From: Malacoraja senta
Lineage: Eukaryota
Direction of reading: 5' to 3'
Length of the DNA stretch: 64,000 nucleotides
Assembly: GCA_038087875.1 (NCBI GenBank)
Contig: CM075982.1
Location: 14,508,001-14,572,000, forward strand
The position numbers and the translations under genes are program-made. Shown here piece by piece: positions 62,325-64,000 of this stretch; positions within the stretch are counted from its first letter, which is position 1; each line of letters begins with the position of its first letter. The notes below the pieces were generated by a model. It was not told the DNA's origin. It made no database searches and worked only from the letters and a program-made list of their open reading frames with translations.

Positions 62325-63367
62325 TAGCAATGTTACAAAATTTTGAGATTTTAAAAATAAAGTCTGCAATTTATCCCATCAGATAAAGCATAAAAAGAAG
62401 TTTAATTTGACACCTAATTCACTTTCATATCTTCAGTATTAAAAAAGTTATGGCCATTTTCATACTTGGAAATTAGCATCTTGTTCCCTATTGCTTTTCC
62501 ATTGACTTAACACAAAAGCTGTGATCGAGGACAGTCAAAAGTCCATAACTTTCTTAAAAATTAAGAGAACTGAAATAAATTTTCAGTTATTATAGATTGA
62601 AGCATTCTGAAACAAATATGAAACAATCTTACTTAGATGACATGAAATTAAAGCATATAATTAGTTAGTTACCTAATTGTAGCTAATTACAAAATTAAAC
62701 TACTAGATCTAAACATCTATCAATTTCTTAAGAATAGATTAACATTTTTAAATAGCCTAAGTGTCCAAATAACATTCACACAAGAATTCACAATATAACA
62801 TAATTTTTAAATCTCATTGTCATGAATTTACAGGCCAAATGGAAGGAATTGAATGTTTAATACCTGTAAATTAATGGGCATTTAAATCATCTTGTGAGTG
62901 AGGATTTCTGGAACGCGATCTTTTGGAACGTTGATTTGCGGTGAATTTAACCCCGTATTGGCATGAAAAATACTGCCGTTAGTTCGGGGAATAAAATCAC
63001 CGTTTCGCATGAAAAAATGTGAATTAAAGGCTTCTTAAGAAGCACTTTTATACATTAAAAGAAACCACTTTCGTTTACCTGTCCCGTGTGTGAAATCCGT
63101 CCCCATTATCGGCGTTGACGGCTTCAGGAGCTGATTTCAAAATGACTCCAGGGCTGACATTGACGATTTAATAAAAATAAAAAATTCACAAAACGCCCCT
63201 AGGAACGATTTTTCAGCAAACGCTTGTACTCCAACTAAATATAATTCAGGACAAGGTAGGAGAAACCCGCGTTTTAAGCCCGCCCCCCCCTTAAAGGCGC
63301 CAAAATCGCGCACAGGGCCAGTGGCAGAATTACAGCGCCATTGAAGGTAAGTATTGTAACATACCTA
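62325..63367. mobile_element. Non-autonomous TIR DNA transposon (~1043 bp)
   Basis: Imperfect TIRs TAGCAATGTTACAAA and ATTGTAACATACCTA (12/15); TTCAATG duplicated at 62318-62324 and 63368-63374; no ORF in the track. Confidence 0.8.
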
Positions 63368-63394
63368 TTCAATGACTCTTTTTGATTCTAATAG

Positions 63395-64000
63395 CTGAAG
63401 CCTCATCATTGATCCCTGTAGGACCCCAGAAATTACTTTCTTCCAGCTCGACTGTACACCTATTAGTGTGCTGTCTGCGTTCTATTGTCTGACCAATCTT
63501 CTAAACGGGTCAATGACTTGACTTCAATTCGATTGGCCTTAAACTTAAATTTCCTGTACGCAGAAACTTAGAGTATGTTCTGGAAAACAATTATGTTGTG
63601 AAAGGAAAACCCGTTTGAAGTAGGTAGTTTCTAATCAGCGCAGATTCCTCAAGTGCTCAGTCATTCTCTCCTTTATTATAGATTCCAATAAATTCCTTGC
63701 AACAGATGTTAGTCTATAGATATAGAATTTCCAGGTCTGCCCATTTTTATCTTCAGGTAATAATGAATTTATATTTGCAATTTTCCACTTCAAAGCAACA
63801 TTTTTTTAGTTATTGAAGGAATCTGAAATGTTAAAAAATTGGGCAGCAGGAACCCATTTTCTAGATATGTTTTCTCATAAAATCCATCCAGTTCTTTAAT
63901 ATCCCCCAGTGAAGAAAATCCTTAACACTGAGTTATACCAAAATACAGTGATACTGCAATATCCTCTGTAATTCCCTTGGCTGGTCAAGGGATTTACAGA
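63395..64000 (-). mobile_element. Old CR1 RT remnant running off the window
   Basis: Reverse complement of GVLQGS (GGGTCCTACAGGGATCA) and PGN.ISI..LTSV motifs. Confidence 0.6.

Overview
Repeat-rich eukaryotic (vertebrate) genomic DNA, apparently intronic or intergenic; I recognise no host protein-coding exon. The repeat content points to a cartilaginous fish, probably a skate or ray (inference): tRNA-headed HE1/V-SINE-like SINEs, CR1 LINEs with 7-8 nt microsatellite tails, Deu-domain SINE remnants, Rex1/Babar, L2, RTE and very many Penelope-like (PLE) ends. The long ORFs I could assign are retroelement fragments or tandem-repeat artefacts. Main observations: (1) a ~204-nt retroposon at 36974-37177 whose first 68 nt fold into a complete HDV/CPEB3-like ribozyme starting at its first base, with a (GAA)n tail and an imperfect TSD; (2) minimal hammerhead-ribozyme cores in PLE ends, many arranged as fold-back insertions, including a perfect 92-bp palindrome; (3) five GC-rich non-autonomous retroelements sharing a covarying hairpin but carrying four different LINE-type 3' tails; (4) a probable non-autonomous Helitron (8002-11258, minus) holding two tandem arrays and a CCAAT/TATA/Inr-exon-intron cassette; (5) a ~1-kb TIR element with a 7-bp TSD. 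Family names come from motif recognition by eye, not database searches, and boundaries of old repeats are approximate.
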